Source: Gekko japonicus
Taxonomy: Eukaryota
Direction: 5' to 3'
Length of the DNA: 64,000 nucleotides
NCBI RefSeq assembly: GCF_001447785.1
Contig: NW_015169795.1
Span: 593,327-657,326, forward strand
Part shown: positions 38,029 through 50,739 of the stretch, one piece after another
How positions within the stretch are numbered: the stretch's first letter is position 1
How the letters are laid out: each line of letters starts with the position of its first letter
Position numbers and translations under genes: made by a program
The notes under the pieces: model-generated
The model's input: only the letters and a program-made list of their open reading frames with translations
What the model was told of the DNA's origin: nothing
The model's database searches: none

Positions 38029-39581
38029 GGAGATTTATTGATCAGAAGTAATACGCCATTCCTTGTTCGATCCTTACTTTATGTATTAATGTAGCCAAGC
38101 CCTGCCCCCTCCCCAGCTGTATCCTGCCCTTTTGGCAACTGAAGCACGTTTTGTTTCTATTTGAACAACCCGGTAGCAGTAGAAGCTGCCCTTACCATCC
38201 AGCCACCCCTGTTTCTGCATGTCCTACTGATCTGGGCTATGCCTTCTCCTTGGAAATGAGTGGGGTGGTCAAATGTTTTTTAAGGATGGGGTGAGGCTTA
38301 TCTGTTAGAAATTATCTGATCACACCCTGTAGAAGTGTGGCAGAATTACCTTGATGCATGCAGAGGTGATAAGTCTGGGGAATCACTATACCGGCTGTAC
38401 TTGGTCATCCTGTAAATATTTATATACAGTTACATTGATAACACCCAAAAATGGTGACTTGTTTTCCTGGAGGGATGGCTAAGATGCTTATGGAGTTGCA
38501 TCTTGTAAGTAGGGACTTAAAACACATTGCACTTCACCCTCTAATCCTACACTTGCTGCTTGTAAGTACTGTCAGTGTAGATTGTATGTATGCTAATAGG
38601 GCAAAGATCATGAATTTGTTTAAACCAGCCCTGTACTAAACTAGTATGCCTTCAGAGGATCATATTAACAGTATGGCAAATGGAAAACTTTTAGGGAGTG
38701 GGGGCACCTAAACATAGCAGTGCTTAGAGTCCTGGAAGCAAGTGTTAGGAGGGATTCATTAGTCTTTATTTTTATGAGCTTTAGTAGTTCTGGATATAGC
38801 AGTGTGGTAACTGACAAGTAGAATTTTTAAAGCCTCAAATGGTGCTGGAAGTACCATTGTATAGAAAAAAAATCAAAGCTATATAGGTAATAATTTGTAT
38901 TGCTTATTTTGAGGATTCTAGCCTGCTGAATGTATCACCGGCCAAGAGCTTTGCTGGTTGAAGAACTCATGTCATCTACTGCAGCTATACATGTTTTACC
39001 CTCTTAAAGTAGGTTATGGCAGACTGGATGAAATTCAGCTGATCTGTGGGGAGTGAAACTGACCAGAAGTGGTAGGGTGGCTTCCTTTTCCTTCCCCAGC
39101 CTCCCCATTGCCAAGGAGGCACACCAGGAGTAGGAGGGGGTCTGACCCCAAATGCCCCTCCATGGCAACGGGTCTGCATACATGGTTCTCCCATCTTTTC
39201 CTTGCAATAACCCTTTCAGGTTAGATTTCCTGAATAAAAATGAGCAGCCCAACATCATCTATTAGGTGCCAAGGCAACCAGGGATTTCCACAGGCCTAGT
39301 CCAACCCTCTAATCACTATACACACTTCCTGTAAAACAGAACACTTCTATGTGGACTTCGTATAATACAGCCGTTATCCAGTAAAATGCTTTTATGTGGA
39401 GATAGTTTTGCACATTCTAGTATACCTATTCATAAATGTAGCCTTAATCTCTCCCTTGGTTTCCTGCTCATTGTTTTAAGCAAATTTGCCCAATTACTAG
39501 AAGGATGGCAGAAAATATATATCAAGCACTAAAAACTCAAGTGCTCTGCAAATTTTTTGGGAGGGAGCTAGTGTAACTTGA

Positions 39582-39770
39582 GCCCTGACCTGGATTGTCC
39601 TGGCTGGCCTCCTCACATCAGATCTTGGAAGTTAAGCAGGATTGGCTCTGGTTAGTATTTAGATGGGAGACCACCAAGGAATTCGACGGTCACTATGCAG
39701 AGGAAGGCCTTTAAAATCCTATGGTGTCCCCATAAGTCAGCTGTGACTTGATGGCACTTTTTATACACGC
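39582..39770 (+). mobile_element. 5S rRNA-derived SINE with RTE-like tail
   Basis: gatcttggaagttaagcagg..tggttagtatttagatgggagacc resembles the 5S internal control region; second copy at 55035-55240 (-). Confidence 0.7.
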
Positions 39771-40879
39771 AGTGTATCTTGAGTATTAGTCTTATAGTAA
39801 AAAGCATGCAAAGTTCCCAGCTCTACACCATGTTATTCTAGGCTAACAGAGGTAAACCTACCTGCTATGGTCATCTTCTGAGGCTCTGTTTCAGTATTCT
39901 CTGCCTCTCATGATGAGACAGGCAGCAATCAAAGACCAGTCATAGCACCAAAAGTGTGGAATTCCCTCCCCAGGGGTTTTTGCCTTTCCCCCTTCTGTCA
40001 CTCTTCTACCAGCAGCTGCAGACCTTTTTTGTTGTCTGACATATATATATAGTGTACTGGTTTGAAAGTAGTTTTATTACTGTTTTTGCTTTTAATTGTG
40101 AGCCAACTTGGTGGCCCAGATTTAGCAGAAAGGCAGTGTATAAATCGATCAATAAAATAATTAGCCCACACCAAATAAAACTGCTGATAAAGCTACCAAA
40201 TTCACCCAGATTTACTAGGGGTTGAATGAGAGGCCTCCTCCTTGAAGGTGATCTTAACAGTGCCACCCAGTTAGAAATTAAAATTGGGGTTTCCATGATC
40301 AAATGTTTTTAGCATGCAATGGTGATTTTTAGTACAGCATCATTGATGCAAACTCATAAATCATAAAAATTAGAATCAGCTGCATTCTTGTGGTTTACAG
40401 ATGAGGCTGAAAAAAATGCTAATATGACTTGAGCCACTTCAGATCTTAGGGAACAGTTCACATTATAAACAGTCACGTTTTAAAACTACCTCATCTGCTG
40501 TAATGTCTAGACAAAGGGGCTAAAAGGCAAGCAGGCAGCAGTATAACCTGTTCCTCATTTTGCTTCTGGCAGGTTGTGTCCTTGCTGTCACCATCAGGAA
40601 ACACGATTTTATGCTACAAAGCACCCTATTTTTTAAATAACAGGTCTAACAACCCATTTGCCTTCATAAGAAATAACTTGTCTCATTGAATATTAACCAC
40701 AGGAGACATTTGCCTTATGAACAGTGGCATATTCTGCACATACAACATTTTTAAGAAACTGCTTGAAGGTAATGGTTGTGTTTCACTTTAAGCAGATAAA
40801 ATTTATTCTGAGCAAACCAACATTTATAGTTGAGAAATACAGCTAGAGAAGCTAGAGAATACCTAATTCTGCTTCAATC

Positions 40880-42558
40880 CAGAGGCAGGAGAACCAACTA
40901 GAACACTTGAGACTTCAGCACAGGGCACACTAAGCAGTCGCACCTCCCGGGGGTGAAGCTGCGCACAGGCAGAAGGGGGGGGGGCATGCATCGCACACAC
41001 CCCCAGGAGCCTGGCCAAAGGCTCCTGGCCAAAGGACTTCTGAGAGGTCGCCTCTTCGCCAGTGCGATGCTGGGGAATCGAGGCGCTTCTCCGTCCCCAT
41101 GGTCCCTCTGCCGAATGTCTGTAAACAACTAGTGACGCTGACTGGGACAAGCGCTGGAGATCGAGCAGCTAAAAACGAAAGCAAAGCAAGGTTGGATGGC
41201 CGAATATGAACGTGAGTCAGAATAGAGCGGTTTTGCAAAGTTAAAAAGAAAGCTCCCCCGCCCCACGCACTAGAGAGCAAAGCGAGCGGGGGAGGGGCCC
41301 CTCCATGTGCATAGACTTATAAGCAAGATCGGGGGGGGGGAGCGGAAGTAAAAGCGGCAAAAACTGTTGGAAAGACTTACCAAGGCGTGTACGAGTGTAT
41401 GAGCGCATATTCAGAGACTTTTAAAAGTTTGGCGAAGGTAAACAACAGACAAAGATGGCGGGGAAGAGGACGGAGAAGGAGAAACTTTTAAAAACGAAAC
41501 CAGCCGAAAGTCCACGACCGGAAGGAACCACCGAGTTGGCTAAAACGATGGCAGAGTCCCTGCGCCCCCTGCTGGAGCAGATGAATAACCTCAAGGAGCA
41601 GCTGCCAAAAATGAATCAATGTATCACCACTCAGCAGACACAACTCAAGGAGACTCTTAAAAGCATGGATCATCAAACAGCTGAGAAAATGAAAGGTTGA
41701 CACCACTGCTCAAAAGGTGAAGAAAAAGGTGCAAAAATTGGGAAAAAAGCAAATTTCAACAGAACAGCTTTTACAATTACAAATGGAGAGGGCAAACCTG
41801 GTCCTTCGTTTCCAGGGTGTTCCAGAGAGCAGAGGAGAGAATCTGAAGCAAATGATGAGCGAGGCATTGGCCCCAGTGACAGATTTGAAGGAGTGAAATG
41901 GATGTGGTCTACAGGTCCTACTCCATATACATAAAGAAGAAGAATCTGCCTGGGGAAATTGTAATGAGATTCTCGAAGAGACACGTGAGGGATTGTATCC
42001 TAAGGGTGATGGCGGGGACGCCTTTGAAAATTGGGGACAGTAGTATTTGGATTCTGAAAGATATTCCATTTGAAATAAGACAACGGAGAAAGAAATACAA
42101 AGATTTAATTGGAAAAGGACAGTAATTCCAGTGGTGAGCTGGACTTGGAGTCTTCTGGACTCTATCTGAGAAGGGGGCAGCGGCTCCTAAAAGTCCTTAT
42201 AAACTGCGGAAGAGACAAGATAAGAAAAAATGAGGGTTGAAGGACTCTGAATGGTGCCTGACAAATATTGGGGTTTTTTAACATGGAGATGCTGAGGGGT
42301 CTTTTCATAACAGTTAAATTTAAGATTTAAAAGTCATAAAAGCATGTCTGACTAAGTTCATAAAACGTAGCATTTTAAGAGTTGGCATTGTATGTAAGCT
42401 AATTTGATTATCTCCTCTCGGGTTTTTAGTCAGTAGTGGTTATCTTTTCTTTCTCCTCTAAATGTAGTACCCCTCCCTTATTTTTATTATAGTTTGTAGT
42501 CCATATAGAAAATGCAATAAAAAAATCCCCTTTGGGGGGCCAAAAAATAAAAAAAAAA
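40880..42558 (+). mobile_element. L1-clade element with 5' UTR, frameshifted ORF1, no ORF2, and poly(A) tail
   Basis: Coiled-coil N-terminus from 41455, then LRFQGVPESRGENL and PGEIVMRFSKRHVRDCILR...IWILKDIPFEIRQRRKKY (L1 ORF1p RRM/CTD-like); AATAAA 42516, A-tract 42542-42558. Confidence 0.75.
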
Positions 42559-42649
42559 CGCTGCTAAGGCTGTAAGAGGACAGATTTAGGTTTAGCAATT
42601 AAAATCTGTTGGAAGTTCACTTGAAATTCTCATTCACCTACACATCTTT

Positions 42650-42755
42650 ATCCACTCATCTCGGGAAGTGTGCATGTACATGAAAGCTCCTACATTGAAT
42701 AAAACTTTGTTGGTCTTAAAGGTGCCACTGGACTCAAACTTTGTTCTGTTTTTAT
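42650..42755 (+). mobile_element. Penelope-like terminal repeat with decayed hammerhead motif
   Basis: Homologous to 15311-15390. Confidence 0.65.
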
Positions 42756-43336
42756 CCACAGAATTGCCCTGACCCAAATAAGGACATTGGTATACACACA
42801 GAAATCTGTTTTGTGTATCACTTGATGTATCACAAACTGTAGGGATAAACAAGATGTGTATCTGATCTGACAACAGATGGCATATATCCACATGACACTG
42901 GTTCCAAGTGAACTGGCATCTTATCTCCATTCCTGTGTAAGAATCACATATAAATTACTTTGAAAAATATGACCAGAGCTGGATTGAAAAAAATCTGGTT
43001 TTGTGCAGTAATTGTGTGGAATTCTTGAATGCAATTCATACATCTGCCCAAGAGCTTGTTTTCAGCAATGTGACTTTTTCCAGCACCCACACCCAATATA
43101 CTAAAGAAAATGCAGTTCATCCCCCCCAGGTAGCCTTGTGGACTGATCACTTAAGAGATCCAAGCATCTATGGAATGCTGTTCATCACACAATGTCTAAT
43201 TTTTTCCAGATACAACAGACCACATTCTTCTCCACTTGAACCTACTCATGGTGACTGAGGCATGTTCTAGCCTCACATCCTGGTTTCCTTCAAAGCAAAT
43301 CTCAACATCTGTTTTCTTGAAATACATCAAACCCAC

Positions 43337-43342
43337 TTTATT
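43337..43342 (-). terminator. SAP18: Likely SAP18 polyadenylation signal
   Basis: AATAAA on the minus strand ~340 nt after the stop codon. Confidence 0.6.
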
Positions 43343-43678
43343 ACCCATGCTCATACATTAACAGTTGGGTGGCATTATAACAAATTTGCTCTATAACAAA
43401 GGAATTACAAAATCCTCACAAGACTGCTTATGGTGCTCTAGCCACACTTCATGTATTTTGGAAATACTGGAGAGGCCTGTTTTCAGATTAACTGGAGAGA
43501 GAAAACTTATCCAAGCAGTTGAAAGAATGCTGTTCTAAGCATATAGTTAAAAAAAAAGAATTGGTATCTCCAAGGTTTAAGGAGTTGTCTAGCATTCTTG
43601 TTCTGTGTTAAAAAAAATTCTTCCCCAGATCAACCTATAATCATGCAAATGGTGCGGTCACTGGAAGAAACCAAAATA

Positions 43679-43835
43679 TTAGTAAGGTCTCATGCGACCT
43701 GATGGAGGTGGTGCTCGATTTGGAGGTGTAATTGCTATGTCCAAGTAGTCACCTATCTGGAATTTCTGAGATTGCAGGGTCATGGAATCATCTGTGCCCT
43801 TTCTGCCTGACATTGTACTGCCGATCTCCTTCACC
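43679..43835 (-). CDS. SAP18: SAP18 exon 4 (coding part)
   Basis: VKEIGSTMSGRKGTDDSMTLQSQKFQIGDYLDIAITPPNRAPPPSGRMRPY*, as in human SAP18. Confidence 0.98.
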
Positions 43836-44439
43836 CTGTAGGAAAAAACAAGATACACGATAATTTGCCTCCAGTAAATCAAGTATCTGAAGGCCACACT
43901 AAGAAAGATGCTATGTTGTGCATGAGACTGCCCCCAATCCCTATATTTGCTCACCCCCAAAAGAGCTGACTTGACTGTCAGAGGCCTGGATAAAAGATCC
44001 AGTTTGACATCAAAGTAGAGGCCCCTGAGCTAGCAGTACTTTCCTTGGATACTCTTCACATGAGAGCAGCCTAACAGCTGGAATGCTCTAGAGAGCATAT
44101 CGATTAAAGGCCTTTTGTCTGAAGCCTCCTCAGACCCATGGTCTTAAGCAATGACTCAGGTTTAATATAATAACCTGAGACCCAGCAGCTTCCTTTACAA
44201 TTCAACTTTCTCCAGTATTTCAATCACATGCCCAGGAATTGTCATCAAGCTACTGCTCAGCATTTGTAAAACCAGCCTGAGCTGGTCCACCACTCAGGTA
44301 ACTCAATCACTCCACCTGAGCTGTTCTGCTGTGCTCTGTCTCCTGATCTAGAATGCCCGTATTTGGACCTAGACCCTAAATGCTCATCTATCTGCACTCA
44401 CACAAAAGTCAAATTCACCAACAGGACACAAGACCTGCT

Positions 44440-44758
44440 GGAATAAGTAGGAATTTTTTAAGCATCAAGCCTTGAGGAAACAATGTGGATTTTGAAGGAT
44501 GGTTGATGTAATAGTTACAAAGATTATAATTTCATAAATGATCAAGTTGAATCTTTTAAAAAAATTACTAGTGGATGTATGTACCCAAAAATTACCCTAC
44601 TCAGTGATTGATTAGGAAAAAATGCAACTATGTATGATTGTCTTGTTGCTGTATAGAATATATTTGAAGTATAGGGGGATAATTGAACGTGTATTTAAGA
44701 TATTTTATAGGCATGTGCATCGATGTGAAAACCCAATAAAAAGTATATTTAAAAAAAA
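44440..44758 (+). mobile_element. Probable LINE (L1-like) 3' end
   Basis: AATAAA followed by an A-tail; composition contrasts with flanks. Confidence 0.4.
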
Positions 44759-45371
44759 GCAGGAAACGACCTTGCATCACTGATCCAAACCCACTGAAGA
44801 CTCTAAAATCTGCAAAGAATTCTGCCATGGACTACAAGGAATCAATATTACCTCTTCAGAACAGGCAGTGTATGGCTTTCCTGTCTCCCTTTATTGCCTT
44901 TTAGACTCCCCATTTGTACCCCTATGTAGGCAGCAAGCAAGGACAGTACTGCTAGGACTGTATTACTGTATTGCAGGGTGTTATGCTTTTGGTCTCCCTT
45001 GCACTTCATTTTTCTACCTCTGTATTTTAGGGAAATACAGATGTTACTCGAGACCCTTTCTGGCTCATCTTTCAAAGGGTACTGTTCTAGAAAGGGATCC
45101 ACATAAATGAAAGACTGAAATAGTCCCCCATTACCCCAGAACATGTGTATGGTTCTAAACACATAGAAAATGTGCATGGGCAGGCCTGGCATGGGAACCG
45201 ATTTGGGTTAACATCCACTGTTCCTCTAGTCCACCGACAGGCAGCAACAGTCTATGGTCTCAAGCAAAGACCTTTCCCAGCTCTGCTTCCCAAGTTCCTT
45301 CCTGTCTGCAGGTACCAAAGTGAGCCTTGATGAAAACAGCTAAGACTTGCTGCCACCACTGGCTCTATTAC

Positions 45372-45494
45372 CTGTAGCCGGGCCTTTTAAGATCTGGGAA
45401 AACAATTGCAAAGTTGAAATGTGTGCCCTTCTTTCGTGCTTCTGGATAGACTTCTTTCACTAAACTGGTCAGTTCTTTTAGAGTTGCATCCATC
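45372..45494 (-). CDS. SAP18: SAP18 exon 3
   Basis: MDATLKELTSLVKEVYPEARKKGTHFNFAIVFPDLKRPGYR; canonical AG/GT. Confidence 0.98.
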
Positions 45495-45873
45495 CTGGGG
45501 AGAAAAAGAGCCACCCACACTGTAAATCAGCACAGTGACATCCTATCACCATCCTCCAGGGAACCCAAGGTAGCATACAGGATTTTCCAAATTATGTTAA
45601 AGCTCTTAAGTGAACAGGAAACTGGAGGAAAGAGCCAACCTCTTCAGAGTTGGTTTCATGTGGTACACAAAACTGTATAGCTACAACCATGCTACAGAAC
45701 TTTGTCCCATTTTTTAAATTTGTATTTGCCCCTTGTCACCACACCATATTCCCAAGCTGTTGTTTGCCCCCTGTACAATAAGCAGGTGCAGAAATCAGTA
45801 GAGAAACAATAAGGGACAAAACAGAGACATCTACCGCTTCAAAAAACCTGAACATGATATAAAGTTTCTTGAG

Positions 45874-46106
45874 ATATTTATTTCATTTATACCCCGCCTT
45901 TCTCCCCAATGGGGACCCAAAGCAGCTTACATCGTTCTCCTCTCCTCTACTTTATCCTCACAACAATCCTGTGAGGGAGGTTAGGCTGAGAGAGTGTGAC
46001 TGGGCCAAGGTCACCCAGCGAGCTCCCATGGCACAAGTGGGGATTCGAACCTGGGTCTCCCAGATCCTACTCCCACACTCTTAACCACTACACCACACTG
46101 GCTCTC
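45874..46106 (-). mobile_element. tRNA-derived SINE
   Basis: Minus-strand A box TGGTGTAGTGG, B box GGTTCGAATCC, (TAAA)-like tail. Confidence 0.8.
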
Positions 46107-46910
46107 TGCCCAAACTTCACAAGTAATGCTATGGGACAGTATTAATGAATGTCTCAGTCATTTTTCAGGTTACAACATTCAAAGGTATATATCCAAATAA
46201 GCGAAGTATTTCATGCCTACTGGCTGTTCTGTAACAACCCCCAAACAAATGAACACTCCCAGTGCAGAATATGAATATGACCCAGAGGTATTAGCGATTG
46301 ATCACTTGGCAGCTTCTGCAATGCCCTTATTTAGCAGAGAGAAATGATGGCAAGGCAGAAGAAAAACACGAGAGCACAATATTGGCTTCTCCCTGGTAAG
46401 TGCTACTCTTGGGCTTCTTTCTCACCTGTCCCTTCCTCCAGCTGCTGCCCACCTTCCTTCCTAGGGTTCACACACATCTCAATCGGAAGACTGCCCAGAG
46501 GGTTGCAACATCACAAAAGCCTCCTGAACTTCCTCATATGTACAAGATGCCTTCTGGGTCAGAAATGGGATTAGCACTGCAAAGAGACACGCAATGCACT
46601 GCTTCTGATCCAGTGAGCACCTGCATGAAATTAAAGGATCCCCTGCATTCACCCAAGACCTTTGCTACATCTTGTAGCACACAGGAAACACCACGCAAGA
46701 TGTCAGAGGTCACTGAGGCCTCTGTTGTTTAGGAGGAAAGGATGTCATACTGGGAAACTGGAAGGGAATTCTGAGTGCACTGTTCTTTAAGCCTTGACCC
46801 AACATCCCTCTCCAATAGCAAGATGGCTGCAAAAAACTGGGATAGGGATTGCATATAACTCATGAAGTCGCCACCTTTTCTCTAAAGAAGCCATACTACA
46901 CAGCTTATAT

Positions 46911-47705
46911 CAGGGGTGTCAAACATGCGGCCCTTGGGACGGATCAGCCCCCCACCCCTGGGCTTCTATCAGGCCCGCAGTGGAACTGGCTGTCTTCTGC
47001 TTCCAGTTCTGCTGCTGCTGCATCATCGTAGGTTTGCAGCTTACAGATACACACCTGAACAGCATACTCAAAATTGCAACAGCACAGACATTTTGATGCA
47101 ATAATTCAGAGCAAGAGGTATCAGTTATCAGACACTGGCCCTGGTCACACGGGCCGGATATCGCGGGGGGGGGGAGGCGTGGCTAATTGCCCTGGCGCAG
47201 TTTGATCTGCGATTACGCAATCAGACACGCCAGCAGCACACCACAGGTCCTTCCCTTGGCACCGGTGGGTAAACGAGGGACCGAAGGGGAATGCCGCGCG
47301 CCGGGACGATCATACCACGGGCGTCTGGAGGCAGCCCGTGGCAAACATTTACTAGTACTTTGGAGGTACTAGCTTTTTAATGCGCATGGTCGGCGGTAAG
47401 CCACGGGTGCGCTCCACTTCCCAGATAATCCACTTCCCAGATAATCCGCCCACCATCCGTGCCTCTCCCGCGGCAACTTTGCCGTGTGACCGGGGCCACT
47501 GTTAAATAAACAAAATATTGCAAGAGTGCTAATGTTTTAAGCATGTTTTTATTTTAAGTTTTAAAAAACCTTTTGTGTTTGTGTCCTTTATAAAGTTTAT
47601 ACCTCCGCTACCTGGCATTACATTTTATGACACACATGGCCCGGCCCAACAAGGTCTCATTTATGTCAGATCTGGCCCTCATAACAAATGAGTTCTATGC
47701 CCCTG
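46911..47705. mobile_element. hAT (Charlie-like) non-autonomous element hosting a nested MITE
   Basis: TIR CAGGGG..CCCCTG; perfect 8-bp TSD GCTTATAT (46903-46910, 47706-47713). Confidence 0.9.
47137..47497. mobile_element. PIF/Harbinger-like MITE
   Basis: TIR GGCCCTGGTCACACGG/CCGTGTGACCGGGGCC; 3-bp TSD ACT. Confidence 0.8.
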
Positions 47706-47904
47706 GCTTATATCATAATCCTATGGAGTTACATCAGTCAGGTATCTTCATACTCTTCTTCCATTATCTGTTTCTGTGAACACAGGCTCTGTGCCTTCAG
47801 CAAATACAGCAGACCTATTTGGTCTGTCACACTGCAGGTATCAATAGTCCATAATGCCCAAAGCAAAGCTCTGGGATGCAGACAGACTGCTAGCTGCCAC
47901 TCAC

Positions 47905-48014
47905 CAGGTATAGATCTGAAGCTCACTGGAGGGTACATTTCCTCGAGAAAACTCATCCATGCGGTGGTGGCGCCCATTGTTAGTGGTGAAGACCCGTAGT
48001 AAAAGGGGGCAGGT
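47905..48014 (-). CDS. SAP18: SAP18 exon 2
   Basis: TCPLLLRVFTTNNGRHHRMDEFSRGNVPSSELQIYTW; canonical AG/GT. Confidence 0.98.
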
Positions 48015-48450
48015 CTGCAAGGCAAAGGGCATACAATTAATCTGCAGAGGGGCACAGAATAAAAGGCCAGAAGCCTAACCACTCTGCACCACTGCTCCTT
48101 CCAGCAAGGCGGGCAGTTCCACATGACATGCAACTCGAGAGTCATATCCAGTAGCCACCCAACTATAGTCCTAAGAATTCTCCTTGCATCCTACATGGAA
48201 ATGTTACATAGAAGTCTAACAGGCCTACTTCTGCATATGAACATACAACGCATCTCTGACTTCTCCATTTCTCTCTTATGCCCCAACCTTACCCTACACA
48301 TGCTCAACACCACACACACTCCAATACAGTAAATTCATTACAGAACGCTTCATTAATGAAGAAATAAGACACAGCATTATCCTCCCTAACGGGATGCACG
48401 GGGCTGCCATATGCTGAATCAATCACTTGGTCCATCAAAGTCAGTATTGT

Positions 48451-50310
48451 CGGGATTGGGTAAAAGTTGGATCTAGATTATTTTAAACAGATCCTGTTTC
48501 ATGATTTTAAACCGATCCTAGATTATTTTAAACAGAGAGGCGGGTAACTGGGATTTTTCCCCTTTAAGAAGGATTTATATTCTCCATTCACAGACAGGAC
48601 CCTGACAATCTGTGCCTTGGCTATTTTTGCACTTTGGAAACACCAGGAAATACCTGCTGAAATTCTTTACACTGGAAGCTGTGAACATGGATGTGATTTC
48701 ACAGTGCATTTTGGAATATTCTACATAGAAATTGTGAAGATCAATGATTTTTCTACACGTTTCTGTGTCATGGTGATACCATGATGTTCTGGATGTAAAA
48801 AATCTGTGATGTCATGGTGATACCATGATGTTCTGGATTTTAAAAATCGGTAAAATCTGTAGACATGGATATGATCAGTGATTTGATAAATGATTTTGCA
48901 GAAATTGCATGTGAATCCGGTAGTCATCCTTGTTTCCTGCCTTGGACTAATACCATGATGGCGCAAAATCATGAGGATCAACGAATTTTAATACAGTGAC
49001 CACACTATTGTAGAACCATCCAGATCTGTTGTTTTTGTGGGTCATTCCATGGACATTGATGAGACATGTGATCTTAAAATGTATTTTGTTGGGAGTCCAT
49101 TTAACAATCATGAGGATCAAAGTATTTAATACAGTGCTTGCACCATGGCAGTGCTACAAATAATTGGATCTGTGATTTTTGTGGTTCGTTCTGTGGTCAT
49201 GGACATTATGTGTGATCTGATGGTGAGTTTAGGGGACCAAACATAAAAAGCCTGATAATCCATTTTATGTTGCAGGCTGTGGCTATGGACAACATATGTG
49301 ACTGGATGATGAATTTGGGGTGACCTAACAGAAAAAACATGAGGATCCATGCTTTGAAAGTACATTTTTGCACCACTGTGGCACCACAAAGCAATGAGTC
49401 CATTATTTATCTGGTTTAAACTGTGGCTATGGATGTGCTATAAGATTTGATGGTGAATTTGGGGTGACCCAACACAAAAATCCTGAGGATCCCTGAGGAT
49501 CTGTACTTTGGAACCACGTTTTGTGCTGTGGTAGAGACATGAAGTGGTGGATGGCGTGATTTTTGTGCTGCAAGCTGTGGCCATGGACATGATATATGGG
49601 GGTTTGGGGGGGTTCAATTTGTGGCTATGGACATGATATACGATCTGATGTTGCATTTGGGCTGACCCAATGCAAAAATCCTGAGCATCCATGAGGATCC
49701 ATGGTTCGGAACTAAGTTTTTGCACCATCACAGCACCACAGTGTTGTGAATATGTGATTTTTGTGGTGCTTCCTAAGACATGATCTAGAAGAAGAGGAAG
49801 AGAAGAGATTGGATTTATACCCCGCCCTTCACTACCCAAAGGTGTCTCAGAGCGGCTTACAAACTCCTTTCCCTTCCCCTCCCCACAACAGACACCCTGT
49901 GAGGTGGGTGGGGCTGAGAGAACTCTGACACAAACTGCTCTTTTTCAAGGACAGCTGTGCCAGAGCTTGTGACTGACCCAAGGTCACATCAGCAGGTGCA
50001 AGTGGAGGAGTGGGGAATCAAACCCAGTTCTCCCAGATTAGAGTCTGTGCACTTAACCACTGCACCAAACTGGCTACACCAAACTGGCTACACTATGACG
50101 GTGGTTTTATTTCATTTCAATATGAAAATCTTATGAAATCATGAGTGATCCATGTTTTTGCACTGCTGCCACACAGCGAAGTGCTAGATCTGTGTTTTTT
50201 ATGGCCCACTCCTTAGTCTTGGCTTCAATGTGTTATTTCATACTGGATTTGGTGGCATTCTGTATAAAAAAGTAGAGGATCTGTGTAGATCTGGCTTTTA
50301 CATTTGTCCA
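48451..50310. mobile_element. Old TIR element filled with ~140-bp degenerate tandem repeats, inserted in a SINE
   Basis: Host SINE split at (a/g)tattgtc duplication; decayed TIRs share GTAAAAG...GATCTA. Confidence 0.65.
49787..50075 (-). mobile_element. Squam3-like SINE nested in the tandem array
   Basis: Reverse complement of 21430-21708. Confidence 0.85.
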
Positions 50311-50739
50311 ATATTGTCTACTCAGACTGGCAGCAGCTCTCCAACAGAGGTCTTTCAAATTACCTACTACCTGACCCTTTTAACTGGGGATGCCAGGGAA
50401 TGAACTTTGGACCTTCTGCATGCCAAGCAGCGGGTTCTACCACCACCACCACCCCATGAGCCACAGCCCATCCCCAAATGTCCCAGCAGGACTGACGGGG
50501 CCTTGAAATATTACATTTAGGCATGCACCTAACTTTTTTAAACAGTACGCCTAAAAAACACAAAGCCCGAATACAACAAAAGAGATGCCGAGGGAGACGG
50601 CTCACACGCACGTGTTCATCGCCTGTTGACCTGGGGGTAGACCACAGCTTTCATATAGTATTTTTTAATAAAGTCAGCTCCTACATTTTTGTAAGTTACT
50701 CAAAGGCTGAGTAACCTACAAAAGCAAAAATCAACTGAT

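Noticed and set aside
39582-39690. 5S rRNA gene
   Set aside because: Only a diverged internal part of 5S is present, with foreign 5' sequence and a retroposon tail, so it is a SINE
48730-50290. CRISPR-like array
   Set aside because: Vertebrate intron; the whole unit is degenerate rather than fixed repeats with unique spacers; no cas genes
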